Source: Terriglobia bacterium
Lineage (GTDB): Bacteria > Acidobacteriota > Terriglobia > 20CM-2-55-15
DNA length: 64,000 nt
Assembly (NCBI GenBank): GCA_963664115.2
Contig: CAXWPJ010000012.1
Span: forward strand, 448,001-512,000
Direction: 5' to 3'
Below the pieces are notes generated by a model. That model did no database searches. It worked only from the letters and a program-made list of their open reading frames with translations, and was not told where the DNA came from. The position numbers were made by a program, and so were the translations under genes. Shown piece after piece: positions 31,620 through 42,268 of the stretch (positions are counted from its first letter, which is position 1; each line of letters starts with the position of its first letter).

Positions 31620-32072
31620 CGTCGTTAGGTCCTCTCATCTATGCAGAGTCCACCTTATAACGCTGTCCTAATTTTGGGGGCCACTTCTGACATCAGTTCT
31701 TTATCGTATCGATGCTCTGTGATTGCAATCGTGCGGTTTTCTAAAGCCTTTGACATCACCGTATTCGCTCCACTTCGCGTATCTGCCCGACAAGCCCTTT
31801 CAATTGTACCGATAGCCTGGTCGAAAGTCAGCGTAGCTCAAGCACCGCCGGCGCCCCGATTTGAAAACACGGTGGGCATCCGATTGAACGAAAGAGCGCA
31901 GTCCCCGGGGCGGGGGAAAACTGAAACTGAAGTCTCGCCCCGGAGACAGCGCTATGTTTCAGACTGGGCCGATTGCGGATGTTTGACCGAGATCCATCAC
32001 TTTGTATAAGCTTTGACGATCCGGGTGGTTCAGATCCTATTCACCCACACCGCCCGGGAGAGAGGTTTCCGA

Positions 32073-32402
32073 ATGGAATGGCATGATCTGGAACACATGA
32101 CCGTAGTAAAGCTTCGTGAGACAGCTCAGGAGAAGGGACTCACATCAGTCAGCGGAAAGAACAAGGCCGAACTGATTGAAGAACTGGCCGGCGTCCTGGG
32201 TATTGAAAAACCTCACGAAGAGTTGACCGATACGACCGTCCAATCAAAGAGCGATCTTAAACGCCAGCTTCGCGAACTCAAGTCGCAACGCACCCAGTTG
32301 ATAGAAGCTCACGACCATAAAGGATTGAAGGCAGTGCGGCGGAAGGCCCATGGCCTCAGACGCCAGATCAAAAAAATTCACCTGGTAGCCCAAGCGAAGT
32401 AG
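32073..32402 (+). CDS. Small basic protein with Rho N-terminal-like domain
   Basis: LEHMTVVKLRETAQEKGLTSVSGKNKAELIEEL; ATG after GAGG. Confidence 0.65.
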   Translation: MEWHDLEHMTVVKLRETAQEKGLTSVSGKNKAELIEELAGVLGIEKPHEELTDTTVQSKSDLKRQLRELKSQRTQLIEAHDHKGLKAVRRKAHGLRRQIKKIHLVAQAK

Positions 32403-32464
32403 CCCCTGGCTTGACTTGCATCGTCGCCCTGACGTCTGGCGCTTCCCTGCGCTGCGCTAAGTTC

Positions 32465-34141
32465 TTAAAACATATTCGGAAAGAGAACGTAGGAAAAGAG
32501 CAGGCCGATCGTCCCCGCGACCACGAGATAGTAAATCATCGGGAGGATCGTCTTGCGAATTAAAGCTCCTTCCTTCCCGACCAGACCGACCGTCGCACTG
32601 GCCGCAACGACGTTGTGGACACAGATCATGTTGCCGGCCGCTCCACCGACCGCTTGGAGCCCCAGGATCACAATGCGCGAAGTTCCGATATTGTCGGCCA
32701 CGCCGTACTGAAACAGAGCAAACATCAGATCACTGACCGTATTACTTCCCGCAACAAATGCACCCATCGCGCCAATCATGGGGGCAAAGAAAGGCCAGGT
32801 ACCTCGTGCGATTCCAGCAACGTATTCAGCCAGAACAAGAGGCATGCTCTCCAAGCCCGATATGTTGGTGTTGGAATCGATGAACACCCGAACCAGACCG
32901 ACTGCGAAGACCAGAGCCAGGGCGGGACCGGCCATCTTGCGGGCCGCGTCAGTCCAGGCAAAGCTCGCTTCTTTTCGCGTCATCTTGTGGAGCACTATGG
33001 TCGCTAAAGCGACCAGCATAAAAATCGTGCCCGGAGAGTAGAGCGGTTCGACGCTCTGAGACAAGGTCGTCCCGAGAATGTTCGACCAGGTCCAGCTGAC
33101 CGAACTCAGGTAGCTCTGCAGTGGCAGGAACGGCAAGCGAGTCACCACGAGCAGAGCCGCCACCAGCAAATAGGGCACCCAGGCCAGCAATAGTGTCATG
33201 TGACGCCGCTCTTCCCCCGCATCGGCCACGATGTTGCCGATCCAACTTGCGTCCCACTGGGCTCTGGGTGGAAAGTCCCAGGGCTCACCTTTCGGAATGA
33301 ATAATCCGGCTCGCGCACCGCTGACCACGATTGCCATGCCGATCAGTGCGCCGAGAAGACTCGGAAACTCCGGACCCAGAAACACCGCCACCAGTGCATA
33401 AGGAACGACGAAGCTCAGGCCGGCGAACAGGGCAAACTTCCAGGCACCCAAGCCCTCGCGAAAGGATCGGTTCTGGCCGAAGTATCGCGTGGTCATGCAA
33501 ACGATGATGAGCGGGATGAACATTCCCGCAATCGCATGGGGGATCGCGGTAAACACGCCCAGGCTATGCAGAAAATCCGCGTAGCTGATTCCCTGTGCAG
33601 CCAGCGCGTCCTCCACGAGCGGAACGTTAAGCGACTGGCCCATTCCCACCATGATCGGAGTGCCCACAGCACCAAAGCTGACGGGGGTGCTCTGTATGAT
33701 GAGCGTGGCCATAACTGCAGCCAACGCGGGAAAGCCCAATGCGAGGAGTAGTGGCGACGCCACCGCAGCCGGTGTACCAAAGCCGGCCGCTCCTTCGATG
33801 AAGGAACCGAAAAGCCATGCCACGATGATGAGCTGAACGCGCCTGTCCTTGGATACGCCCATGAATCCCCGTCGGATCGTAGTGACGGCACCGCTCTCTC
33901 GCAAGGTGAAAAGCAGCAGGATTGCGCCGAAGATAATCCAGAGAAGCGTGAAAGCGATCATAGCGCCCCGAAGCGTCGCACCGATTACATGCAGCACCGG
34001 CACACCCCACACCCACAGCGCCATCACGACCGTAAACACATAGGCGAGGGGCATCGCCTTGGTTGCCGGCCAACGCAAAACCACCAGGAAAAACATCACA
34101 GCCAGAACCGGCACAAGGGCTGCTAGGGCGTACAGGGCCAT
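32465..34141 (-). CDS. lctP: L-lactate permease
   Basis: [32 protein letters not shown]. Confidence 0.9.
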   Translation of the reverse strand: MALYALAALVPVLAVMFFLVVLRWPATKAMPLAYVFTVVMALWVWGVPVLHVIGATLRGAMIAFTLLWIIFGAILLLFTLRESGAVTTIRRGFMGVSKDRRVQLIIVAWLFGSFIEGAAGFGTPAAVASPLLLALGFPALAAVMATLIIQSTPVSFGAVGTPIMVGMGQSLNVPLVEDALAAQGISYADFLHSLGVFTAIPHAIAGMFIPLIIVCMTTRYFGQNRSFREGLGAWKFALFAGLSFVVPYALVAVFLGPEFPSLLGALIGMAIVVSGARAGLFIPKGEPWDFPPRAQWDASWIGNIVADAGEERRHMTLLLAWVPYLLVAALLVVTRLPFLPLQSYLSSVSWTWSNILGTTLSQSVEPLYSPGTIFMLVALATIVLHKMTRKEASFAWTDAARKMAGPALALVFAVGLVRVFIDSNTNISGLESMPLVLAEYVAGIARGTWPFFAPMIGAMGAFVAGSNTVSDLMFALFQYGVADNIGTSRIVILGLQAVGGAAGNMICVHNVVAASATVGLVGKEGALIRKTILPMIYYLVVAGTIGLLFSYVLFPNMF

Positions 34142-34220
34142 TCATACCTCCATCGACTGAAAAAGGTCTGACGCACTTTAGCTGCTGCCGATATTGCAGT
34201 CAACGCTCGCGGCGATCGTC

Positions 34221-35561
34221 TCACGACTCTTTGGTGATCCGTTTGTGCTCGCGGAAAATCACGACAGCGATCCCAAGCCACACAACGCAGAAAAGGGTAT
34301 TCGCCAGCGCGAAGTTGCGGATGCCGAATCCCAGCTGAATTCCGACGAAGACGACGCCCGCCTGGAGCATGTCGCCCAGGCGAACGAAGAACGTGTCGAT
34401 GGCCTGCTTGGCTTTATATTTGACCTCGCGGCTCGTGGGCAAATACAGGGCAGCGCGAATCGTGTTCATCAGCGAATAGTCGGTGCTGTTTTCGGCGATC
34501 TTCACGATGCGTACGATCTGCAGCATCGGTAAGGCTATGAGCAAGCCGTAGCCGCCGATGGCGATACACGGCAGAACGAACAATGCCCCGCGAACCCCGA
34601 TGAACCGGAATATTCTGGACACGAGAAACGTCTGTATCAACAGGCCCAGTAAATTGACCCATGCATAAACACCGGCGAGGTACTCTCCGATAAAGGCCTG
34701 GCGCTCGGCACCAATCGCAATTGTGCCCGCCGCAACCTGAGCATCTGAAGCCGATTCCACAAGGCTGTTCAACAGATAGCCTCCAGTGCTGTTGACCACG
34801 TTCAGCAGGAGAATCAGGATGGCGATGGCCATCAGGTAGCGGCTACTCAATACGAGCCCGAAACCGCCCTCCTTACCCAGAGGCTGTTGTGCCTTTTGCG
34901 CCTCAGCAACCCCGCCACGCGCAGTTTCGCGGCGGTTGATCCAGAGGGTGATTAAGACACAGACGACCAGCAAACCGGCCCCGATCACCATGGGCAAGTA
35001 CGCCCCGAGCCTCTCGAAGATCCGTTCGATCACCGACGAACCGACCCATGCACCCAGGGAGGCTCCTACGGCTATGATCGGAAACAAACGCTTACCTTGC
35101 TCTTCGCTATAGATATCGTTCGCAAAAGCCCAGAACTGGGCCACTACAAAAACATTGAAAATGCCCAACCAGAGGTAAAACGGAATGCCAATCCGATATC
35201 CAGCGCTTCCAAGGAGAAAGAAAATGATCAGGTGCGAAACAAAGAACAAGGTCGCCCCCGACACCAGGCGGATCCGGTTCACTTTGGCAGCCAAAAACCC
35301 ATAGGCAGGCACGACGAGCAGCAAGAGCAAGGCCTGGCCGGCCGCCGAATAGCTGGCCGCGGCCGCACCCGACTCGTCAAGAATGAGGGTATCCCGAACG
35401 ATTTTGAGGAAGTAGTAAGCGGCAAGGAGCAAGAAGACATTGAGGGTCAACAAAATCGCGCTGCCACCCTCACCGCTTTTGACCACGCTGAAAAGCGAAA
35501 GGATCTGTTCGAGAAGATTTTTGCCCTGGGGCGGCGGCGCCGTCGTGTTCGAGGTCGTCAT
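34221..35561 (-). CDS. Npt1/Npt2 (TLC) family nucleotide transporter-like protein
   Basis: AYYFLKIVRD, QFWAFANDIY..GKRLF, KYKAKQAIDTFFVRLGD. Confidence 0.8.
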   Translation of the reverse strand: MTTSNTTAPPPQGKNLLEQILSLFSVVKSGEGGSAILLTLNVFLLLAAYYFLKIVRDTLILDESGAAAASYSAAGQALLLLLVVPAYGFLAAKVNRIRLVSGATLFFVSHLIIFFLLGSAGYRIGIPFYLWLGIFNVFVVAQFWAFANDIYSEEQGKRLFPIIAVGASLGAWVGSSVIERIFERLGAYLPMVIGAGLLVVCVLITLWINRRETARGGVAEAQKAQQPLGKEGGFGLVLSSRYLMAIAILILLLNVVNSTGGYLLNSLVESASDAQVAAGTIAIGAERQAFIGEYLAGVYAWVNLLGLLIQTFLVSRIFRFIGVRGALFVLPCIAIGGYGLLIALPMLQIVRIVKIAENSTDYSLMNTIRAALYLPTSREVKYKAKQAIDTFFVRLGDMLQAGVVFVGIQLGFGIRNFALANTLFCVVWLGIAVVIFREHKRITKES

Positions 35562-35760
35562 ATTACACCTGAGCAGGAACCGCCGACCGCCACAATCTGA
35601 TCACACGAAAATTGTTTTTCTGGAACCCACAGTAAAAGTGGAACGGAAGGCAGGTGTGTCTATCGATGCGGCAGGGGGGGCAGACTCCGGCGTGGGCGGC
35701 ATTCCGGGTCGGGACCAGAGACATGACTGTGACCACGGATGGCCGTGGTCTTCGGACACA

Positions 35761-36192
35761 TTAACCGCCGATCCCGTCCGCTGAGATGTAGGCTTCCAGA
35801 GAGTCCAGTTCCTGAGTCAGATGCTCCACCTTTTCAGTCAGGAGGTGCCGGATTGAGATCATGCCTTCGACGTCGCCCGTATCGTTGACGAGCGGAAGGT
35901 GCCGGATGTGCTTTTCCTGCATCAGCTTTAAGACGTCATCGGGTTCCTTATCCTTTGCAATTGTGAGAACGGGCGAAGTCATCACGTCGGTCACTGGGGT
36001 CGACCCGGGATTCTTGTTCTTCAGCACGACACGCATCATAAGGTCACGCTCGGTGAATACTCCGTTCAACTGAGCTCCGTCAATGATGAGGATGGCGCCT
36101 ACCTTCGCTTTCTCCATTTCCTGCAAGGCATCCATCACCGTCGCCGAAGAGTCGATCACTACCGGATTCTTGCCAACTTTAAGAAGGTTCAT
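35761..36192 (-). CDS. CBS-domain protein
   Basis: GVFTERDL, VMTSPV, IRHLP; ATG 36192 after AAGGAG. Confidence 0.85.
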   Translation of the reverse strand: MNLLKVGKNPVVIDSSATVMDALQEMEKAKVGAILIIDGAQLNGVFTERDLMMRVVLKNKNPGSTPVTDVMTSPVLTIAKDKEPDDVLKLMQEKHIRHLPLVNDTGDVEGMISIRHLLTEKVEHLTQELDSLEAYISADGIGG

Positions 36193-36564
36193 CGGTCGCT
36201 CCTTGTCCGAACCGCCGCTTCGGGCGATTCGCATACTTTGCTCCGCCAACACCAATAGTCGAACAACAGGACTCAATCCAGCTGGGGCATTTGCTTCAAC
36301 AAAGGGTGCCGGACGGGCGAGGCGGTATCAGGATACATTTTCCCACCTAGGCAGTCCAGTGAAACAAAGCGAAACAGCACGTAACTCCCTTATAATCTGT
36401 TCCTTACAATTGATCGGGGCTGGAGCAGCGCAATCCCGAATGCGTCCCTCCCATTGGCAGATCTGGGAAACAACGCGCTCAATCCCGGCTGAGGATCGTA
36501 AAAGCGAAGGCCAGAGGCCCGAAACTAGTTGAAATTGCAGCATGTTCGGTTGTTCAATAAGCGA

Positions 36565-37926
36565 ATGCTTTCTACCGTTCTGATCAGTTTTCTTCTCGCG
36601 TCCGCTCAGTCCGAGCCCATTGATCTGAGCCTCGTCACGTTCCCGTCGGGTTCGAACGTGGACGTGTCCTTGACGCCCAATGGTCAGGTGGAGGTTCGCC
36701 GGGGAGAGACCCTGAGCCGCGTCAAGGTCGAAATTGATCGCATTGAATCGCTCTCGACGCTGGATCCAATGCTGCGCGCTTTCATCGTGTGGGCCGTATC
36801 GCCAGAAGGCGAGTTCGAGAACCTCGGCGAGCTGGAGGTGGATGGCCGTGAGGCAGAACTGGAAACCACCACTGCCCTGCAGCGCTTCGGAATAATCGTA
36901 ACCGCCGAACCACATTTCATGGTGGACACTCCCAATCAAACCATCGGCTTTCGGAGCGGACCACCGCGAGATGACGACATCCGTGTTGAACCTTTCAGTA
37001 TAGAAGTCGGCTCCCAGGACTACTCGACGATCTCCCTGCCACCGCAAGGCAACCTGCCGGCCCGAATCACCGAAGCCCGGATGGCCTTCCTGGTTGCAGA
37101 GTCTGCGGGCGCGGGCGAATTCGCTGAGACGGATCTCCGAAAGGCACGTGTCGCCTTGGGTTCGATGGAAGAACTGCTGCGTCGCAATATGCCAATGGAC
37201 GTGCTCATGCCTTACGTGAACGACTCGATTCGCCTGTCGGCCCTGGCCGCACGCTCAGCCCGTGCGCAAGTGATTCAAAATGAACTCGACCGAGAGACGC
37301 GGCGCGCCGAACTACTCGAACAACAGAACCGGCAGCTGCAACAGGAACTGCAGCGGCTCGATCTGAGGCAGGAAGACTCCGAAGAGCGGCTGAGCGAGTT
37401 GAGGTCATCACTGCAAACAGCGCAGAGCGAAAACCGCTCATTGGAACTTGAGATGGAAGAAGCGGCCCGGGGAATTCGATCACTGGAAAACGAAGTATCG
37501 AATCTCAGTGATCCCTGGCCACCCCTTCGGGATGCTTTGATGTTCGGCGCCGGAGCCCGCGAAACCGCACGAGGACTGACCCTCACCCTGGCTGGGGCCA
37601 CCTTCGAATCGAATAGCGGCACGCTGGGGCCAGAAGGCCGGGAAATGCTTTCGCGCCTTGCCGGAGTCCTGGGCATCGATGAAACACCGGAGATTCTGAT
37701 TGAAGGCCATACCCAGGATTCAGGTCCCGCTTCAAGAAACCTCACGCTGTCTGAAGAACGAGCCGAGGCCGTGAGAGCCTATCTCCTCGAACTGGGCGTC
37801 TCCGAAGACAACCTTCAGGCAGAAGGCCTTGGCACAACGCGGCCCATCACTGGAAACGAGGATGCTGAAACAAGGGCACTCAATGAAAGGGTCGAAATAG
37901 TCTTCAGGGAAATCCGAAACCCATGA
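36565..37926 (+). CDS. OmpA-family protein with N-terminal beta domain and coiled coil
   Basis: Signal peptide; C-terminal IEGHT, NLTLSEERAEAV, NERVEI. Confidence 0.85.
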   Translation: MLSTVLISFLLASAQSEPIDLSLVTFPSGSNVDVSLTPNGQVEVRRGETLSRVKVEIDRIESLSTLDPMLRAFIVWAVSPEGEFENLGELEVDGREAELETTTALQRFGIIVTAEPHFMVDTPNQTIGFRSGPPRDDDIRVEPFSIEVGSQDYSTISLPPQGNLPARITEARMAFLVAESAGAGEFAETDLRKARVALGSMEELLRRNMPMDVLMPYVNDSIRLSALAARSARAQVIQNELDRETRRAELLEQQNRQLQQELQRLDLRQEDSEERLSELRSSLQTAQSENRSLELEMEEAARGIRSLENEVSNLSDPWPPLRDALMFGAGARETARGLTLTLAGATFESNSGTLGPEGREMLSRLAGVLGIDETPEILIEGHTQDSGPASRNLTLSEERAEAVRAYLLELGVSEDNLQAEGLGTTRPITGNEDAETRALNERVEIVFREIRNP

Positions 37927-37974
37927 TCCTTTCTGGAGCGCTTCCGACGAAGCCTTTCCTCCGACAATCCGTTT

Positions 37975-38118
37975 ATGCACTTTGAGCAGTTCTATCTCGG
38001 ATGTCTGGCCCACGCGTCCTACCTGGTCGGTTCCGCCGGCCGCGCCGCGGTCATCGACCCGCAAAGAGAGGTTGAACTTTACCTGGAAGCTGCGCATGGA
38101 TATCAAGGCTTGAGGTAA
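37975..38118 (+). pseudogene. N-terminal remnant of an MBL-fold/rhodanese (persulfide dioxygenase-like) protein
   Basis: MHFEQFYLGCLAHASYLVGSAGRAAVIDPQREVELYL, ends after 47 codons before the HxHxDH motif. Confidence 0.7.
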
Positions 38119-38196
38119 AGCACGCCGCCTTGGCGAGCCGGACTCGTTTTCCTTTTGCCAGGTCCCGTCCCTCCGGTTTATCCTGCATGAAACCTC

Positions 38197-38802
38197 ATGA
38201 AATTAAGCGTTTCGTCCCTCACGTTTGTTCTGGCTGTTTCTCTCTTCACGCTACCCGCATTTACACAGGAACGAGAAGACAGAAGCGAGCGCGAGCCAGA
38301 CAGGCAAGAACAGCGGCAGCGGAACGAACGGAACCGACAGGAACGAGCGAGCCAGATGTTCATCCAGCAGATGACGCTGGACGCGATGTGGGAGGACTTC
38401 CAGGCGAATCGGGGAGGGGCCCAGTACCGTTCCGAGCTGCTTGTAAGAACAACGGAAGAACTTGCCGAGAATATTGAAGAACTCTATAGGGTTGTTACGT
38501 TAGAGAATTCCACTGGTAGCGAGTTGGAAGAACGATCCGAAGAGATTGAGTAAACGAGCAGCCGCATAACCGAACTCGTCAATTACGGAACTGAAGCACC
38601 TCAGATTAACGTTGCTGAGTTGCCCGATGAAGGCCTCGACGTGCGATTACAGCGCCTGGTAAATTTGAGCCGACGTTTGATTCCGAACCTTCTCTTTCTC
38701 GTGGGTTCTGATGCAGTCAATCTGAATCTGCTGAATCAGATTCGAGATGACCTTGCGATCACCGGGGCCCTGACCCGGGCATTGCCCGGGTCAGGGTTCT
38801 AA
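38197..38802 (+). pseudogene. Secreted helical protein with one internal stop
   Basis: ORFs 38197..38553 and 38620..38802 are in one frame, separated only by TAA at 38551-53. Confidence 0.6.
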
Positions 38803-38875
38803 CCTTGCTTGCTTCTTTTCCTGGTTTAATTCCGCCCAAGACAGAAGATGGTGCTGCTTCGGCGGCTTCACAATA

Positions 38876-38910
38876 CTCGACATCCGGCACGATGACCTGT
38901 CAGGATTTGA
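38876..38910. repeat. Degenerate copy of the array palindrome
   Basis: CTCGACATCCGGCACGATGACCTGTCAGGATTTGA resembles CTCAATGTCCGACACGATGATTTATCAGGACTTGA at 62687. Confidence 0.55.
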
Positions 38911-39025
38911 AAACGGCGAAGGCACTTCTCCCGATATCCGGTTAGAACTAAGCCGCAGGCGCTCGGAGTCGGCGTACAGCAGATAGAGTCTGTCCCATAA
39001 AGTAGCGGTCATAAGGAGGTGTCTT

Positions 39026-39907
39026 ATGACCCAACTACGAGAACGGATGCTGGAGGAACTCCAGCGACGGAACTATTCCCCGGCCACGAGTCGTGGCTAC
39101 ATTCTGGCAGTCGAACAATTCGCGAATTACTTCGGCAAGTCTCCGGCCTTGATGGGAGCCGAGGAGGTACGGCGTTTTCAGCTGTACTTACTGACCGAAA
39201 AGAAGCTGGCGGCGAGTACGGTCGGGATGCGGACCTCGGCGATACGATTCCTTTACAAGAAGGTGCTGCTGCGACGTGCGGATCTGGAACTGGATGATCT
39301 GCCCATGCCCAAGAGTGCGCGGAAACTACCCACGATCCTGGGTCCGTCTGAAGTCCGCCGGTTGATCCAAGCCGCATTGAGTCCGATGCACCGGGCCATC
39401 CTGATGGTGCTCTACGGGACCGGGATGCGACGGGCCGAAGCCGCCGTGTTGAAGGTGGCCGACATCGACAGTGAACGGATGCTGGTGCATATCCGCGACG
39501 GGAAAGGGCGTCGGGACCGGGATGTCCCGTTGAGTCGCAATCTGCTTGAAGCGTTACGGGGGTACTGGTTATTGAAAAAGCCCGAGGTCTATCTGTTTCA
39601 CAGCAGTGCAGGACACCGGGGCACGGATGCTCCGATCTCGGACAAGGTGGTCTGGCATGCCGTTCATGGGGCCGCCCAGCGTGCGGGTCTGACCCAGAGG
39701 ATCGGTCCGCACACGCTACGGCACAGCTTCGCGACCCACCTGCTAGAGTCCGGGACCGACTTGCGCACGATCCAGCTCTTGATGGGACACAGTCGGCTCA
39801 GCGATACCACGCTCTACCTGCAACTGTCCCGGCGCCATCTTCGAACCGCGCGCAATCCTCTGGATCAGTTGAAGCTTTCACCTGTGGTTAAGGATCCAAA
39901 GAAGTGA
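39026..39907 (+). CDS. Tyrosine recombinase/integrase
   Basis: GTGMRRAE, GKGRRDR, HTLRHSFATHL, MGHS..TTLY. Confidence 0.92.
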   Translation: MTQLRERMLEELQRRNYSPATSRGYILAVEQFANYFGKSPALMGAEEVRRFQLYLLTEKKLAASTVGMRTSAIRFLYKKVLLRRADLELDDLPMPKSARKLPTILGPSEVRRLIQAALSPMHRAILMVLYGTGMRRAEAAVLKVADIDSERMLVHIRDGKGRRDRDVPLSRNLLEALRGYWLLKKPEVYLFHSSAGHRGTDAPISDKVVWHAVHGAAQRAGLTQRIGPHTLRHSFATHLLESGTDLRTIQLLMGHSRLSDTTLYLQLSRRHLRTARNPLDQLKLSPVVKDPKK

Positions 39908-41088
39908 GCCGGCCACCCTTTGAGGTGGCTGACGTGATTCGCATCGTCGGAGACCGATTCCGACAACGGTATTTGAAAGCGCTGGCCTGGCCCCAGGTCA
40001 AGGTCCTCAACGCGATTACCCATTGCCGGACCGCCGCACTGGGCGGGAACCGGAAACGATGCGACCACTGTGGCCACCAAACGCTGGTCTACCACTCGTG
40101 CCGGAACCGCCACTGCCCGAAGTGCCAGACCAATGCGCGGAACACCTGGGTCGAGAAACGGCAACAGGAACTGCTACCGATCGGATACTTCCATCTGGTC
40201 TTCAGCCTGCCCCATCAGTTGATCCCATTGATCTGGCAGAACAAGAAGGTGCTCTATGCGCTTCTGTTCCGAACCAGTGCGGCGGCGCTGATCGAAGTGG
40301 CCCGAAACCCCAGGTATCTGGGCGGCGAGATCGGATTCCTCAGCATCCTGCATACCTGGGGACAAACCCTGCAACGCCATCCCCATATCCACTGTGTGGT
40401 TCCCGGTGGCGGACTGTCCCCGGATCACGACCGGTGGATCCACTCCTCCCGGACCGACTTCTTCCTCCCGGTCCAGAAGCTCAGCTACGTTTTCAGAGAA
40501 AAGTTTCTCGACGGTTTAGCCGAAGCCTTCGGAAACAAGACGCTCGTTTTCCATGGGGAGTGTCTGGAACTGGCCACCGAATCCACCTTCGAGCGGTTCC
40601 TCGACGATCTGAAGGATCGGAACTGGGTGGTGTACGCCAAAGAACCATTCGGCGGACCCCAACACGTCCTTCAGTACCTGGCCCGCTATACCCATCGGGT
40701 GGCCATCTCGAATCATCGCATCCTCGATGTCAACCAATCCGGCGTTACATTCCGCTGGAAGGACTATCGCCACAATGGCCGTCCACGAACAATGACACTC
40801 CAACCCGAAGAGTTCCTCCGTCGATTCCTCCTGCATGTCTTACCGAAAGGCTTTCCCCGCATCCGGTACTACGGATGGATGGCAAATCGGAAACGCAAGA
40901 CGATGCTGGAACTCTGTCGGCACCTCTTAGGTCAGGAGTCCATCACCGAGCCGGAGTCCGAGGCGGGTGCTACCCCACCGGCACCGTGTCCGATCTGCCG
41001 GGGACCGATGCGTCTGGTCGAGCGATTAACCGCGGCACAGCTCGCCGCTCTCGAATCAAAGGAGGTTCCAATTCAGGATAGTGCGTAG
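39904..41088 (+). CDS. IS91-family transposase (Zn-binding plus Y2 domain)
   Basis: SCRNRHCPKC, HPHIH, YLARY. Confidence 0.92.
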   Translation: MSRPPFEVADVIRIVGDRFRQRYLKALAWPQVKVLNAITHCRTAALGGNRKRCDHCGHQTLVYHSCRNRHCPKCQTNARNTWVEKRQQELLPIGYFHLVFSLPHQLIPLIWQNKKVLYALLFRTSAAALIEVARNPRYLGGEIGFLSILHTWGQTLQRHPHIHCVVPGGGLSPDHDRWIHSSRTDFFLPVQKLSYVFREKFLDGLAEAFGNKTLVFHGECLELATESTFERFLDDLKDRNWVVYAKEPFGGPQHVLQYLARYTHRVAISNHRILDVNQSGVTFRWKDYRHNGRPRTMTLQPEEFLRRFLLHVLPKGFPRIRYYGWMANRKRKTMLELCRHLLGQESITEPESEAGATPPAPCPICRGPMRLVERLTAAQLAALESKEVPIQDSA

Positions 41089-41128
41089 CCATCGACACTC
41101 AACAATTCCAGCCCAACGCGGTCGTCCA

Positions 41129-41423
41129 GACTGCATCGCCGAAGTGTGTCCAGACGCCAAAAACACGCGTGCTCAAGTGCCCTTTCGCTATATCCAACCC
41201 ACCCCACTCGGGCGATCGACAGTGATTTTCCGCTACAACCACCCCCCACCATCACTGCGTCTCCCCGATTCAGCCCGACTGCATCGCCGAAGTGTGTCCA
41301 GACGCCAAAAACACGCGTGCTCAAGTGCCCTTTCGCTATATCCAACCCACCCCACTCGGGCGATCGACAGTGATTTTCCGCTACAACCACCCCCCACCAT
41401 CACTGCGTCTCCCCGATTCAGCC
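41129..41423. repeat. Tandem duplication, period 148 bp, two copies
   Basis: GACTGCATCGCCGAAG..GATTCAGCC starts at 41129 and 41277. Confidence 0.9.
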
Positions 41424-41751
41424 TCCAATCCATGGATTGAAAACCCATAGGTCTTCTCGTTCCCGGCCGCGCCTGCGCCTCACTTCAAACCATTCTATCC
41501 GACATGCCCCGGCATCATTTTTTGTCACTGTCGGTGCCGGACCATCTCCGATACAAAACTGACGTTTTGCGGACAGATGACTGTTTGGTTGACCTCAAGC
41601 CCCACCTGTAGTTCGTTGTAGCACCCCAAATTCCACGCATTGGCAAGTGCGCTAGTCCGAGTTTCATCGAGACTCGAGACAATGTTAAAAGCTTGGTCTC
41701 CAGACTCACTTAAGCCATAGTTGTGAGAATCTGGAAATCAGGAGGTGCATC

Positions 41752-42159
41752 ATGAGCATTAAACGAAGTGTTGCTACCGTCGTTTTTCCCCTGGTGTTTG
41801 TGATGCTGGGCGGGGTGGTTTTCTCAGCCCACCACTCCCGGACCGGCTACGAGAACGAACGCACCGTTACCCTCACAGGATTCGTGACGGAATTCAGGTG
41901 GAGAAATCCCCACACCTTTCTTGTCTGGACGGTGACCGACGAAAACGGAAAAGCAGTGGAGTGGGCAGGTGAAATGCTGTCCATCCAGACCGTGACCAGT
42001 TGGGGATTGACCCGTAACTCATTCCAGCCGGGAGACGAAGTGACCGTGACCGCCTTTCCCGCTACGCGGGGTGCGCCTGTCAGCATAATCCAGAAAGTCG
42101 TGATGACTGCGGATGGCAGCGTCGTGGTGGATCAAACTCGAGACGAAGCCTTTCGATAG
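41752..42159 (+). CDS. DUF6152-like secreted protein
   Basis: Signal-AHHS, WRNPH, W..E, PGDEVTV. Confidence 0.75.
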   Translation: MSIKRSVATVVFPLVFVMLGGVVFSAHHSRTGYENERTVTLTGFVTEFRWRNPHTFLVWTVTDENGKAVEWAGEMLSIQTVTSWGLTRNSFQPGDEVTVTAFPATRGAPVSIIQKVVMTADGSVVVDQTRDEAFR

Positions 42160-42268
42160 GTATCCGGCCGGACTGGGATCGATGCAACTCCGCAAGCGCC
42201 AAATCGCATGGCGAGAACGGTTCAAGTGGCGCATCACTGAGTCTTCGAGCATTGGGGAGATACGACAG

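Larger units (their letters stand above)
30429..31688 (-). mobile_element. IS3-family insertion sequence (1260 bp)
   Basis: Imperfect 26-bp IRs AGAGGTGGACCCCATACGTTGGACAG / AGAAGTGGCCCCCAAAATTAGGACAG; 3-bp duplication GAC; orfA plus orfB. Confidence 0.88.
29672..31756 (-). pseudogene. hemD: Uroporphyrinogen-III synthase interrupted near codon 22 by an IS3 element
   Basis: Removing the IS and one GAC gives in-frame MSKALENRTIAITEHRYDKELM-SLIERHGA..FTGVG..ARGPK..FTSAPQ; native ATG at 31756 with GGAG. Confidence 0.85.
38931..41512 (+). mobile_element. Tyrosine integrase plus IS91-like (Y2/HUH) transposase element; ends approximate
   Basis: Coupled integrase and transposase genes; ends estimated from GGTTAGAAC and TTCTATCCG. 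Confidence 0.7.

Noticed and set aside
34221-35561. Npt-like transporter as a sign of energy parasitism
   Set aside because: Homologs of this type occur in many free-living bacteria, and the region encodes biosynthetic pathways.
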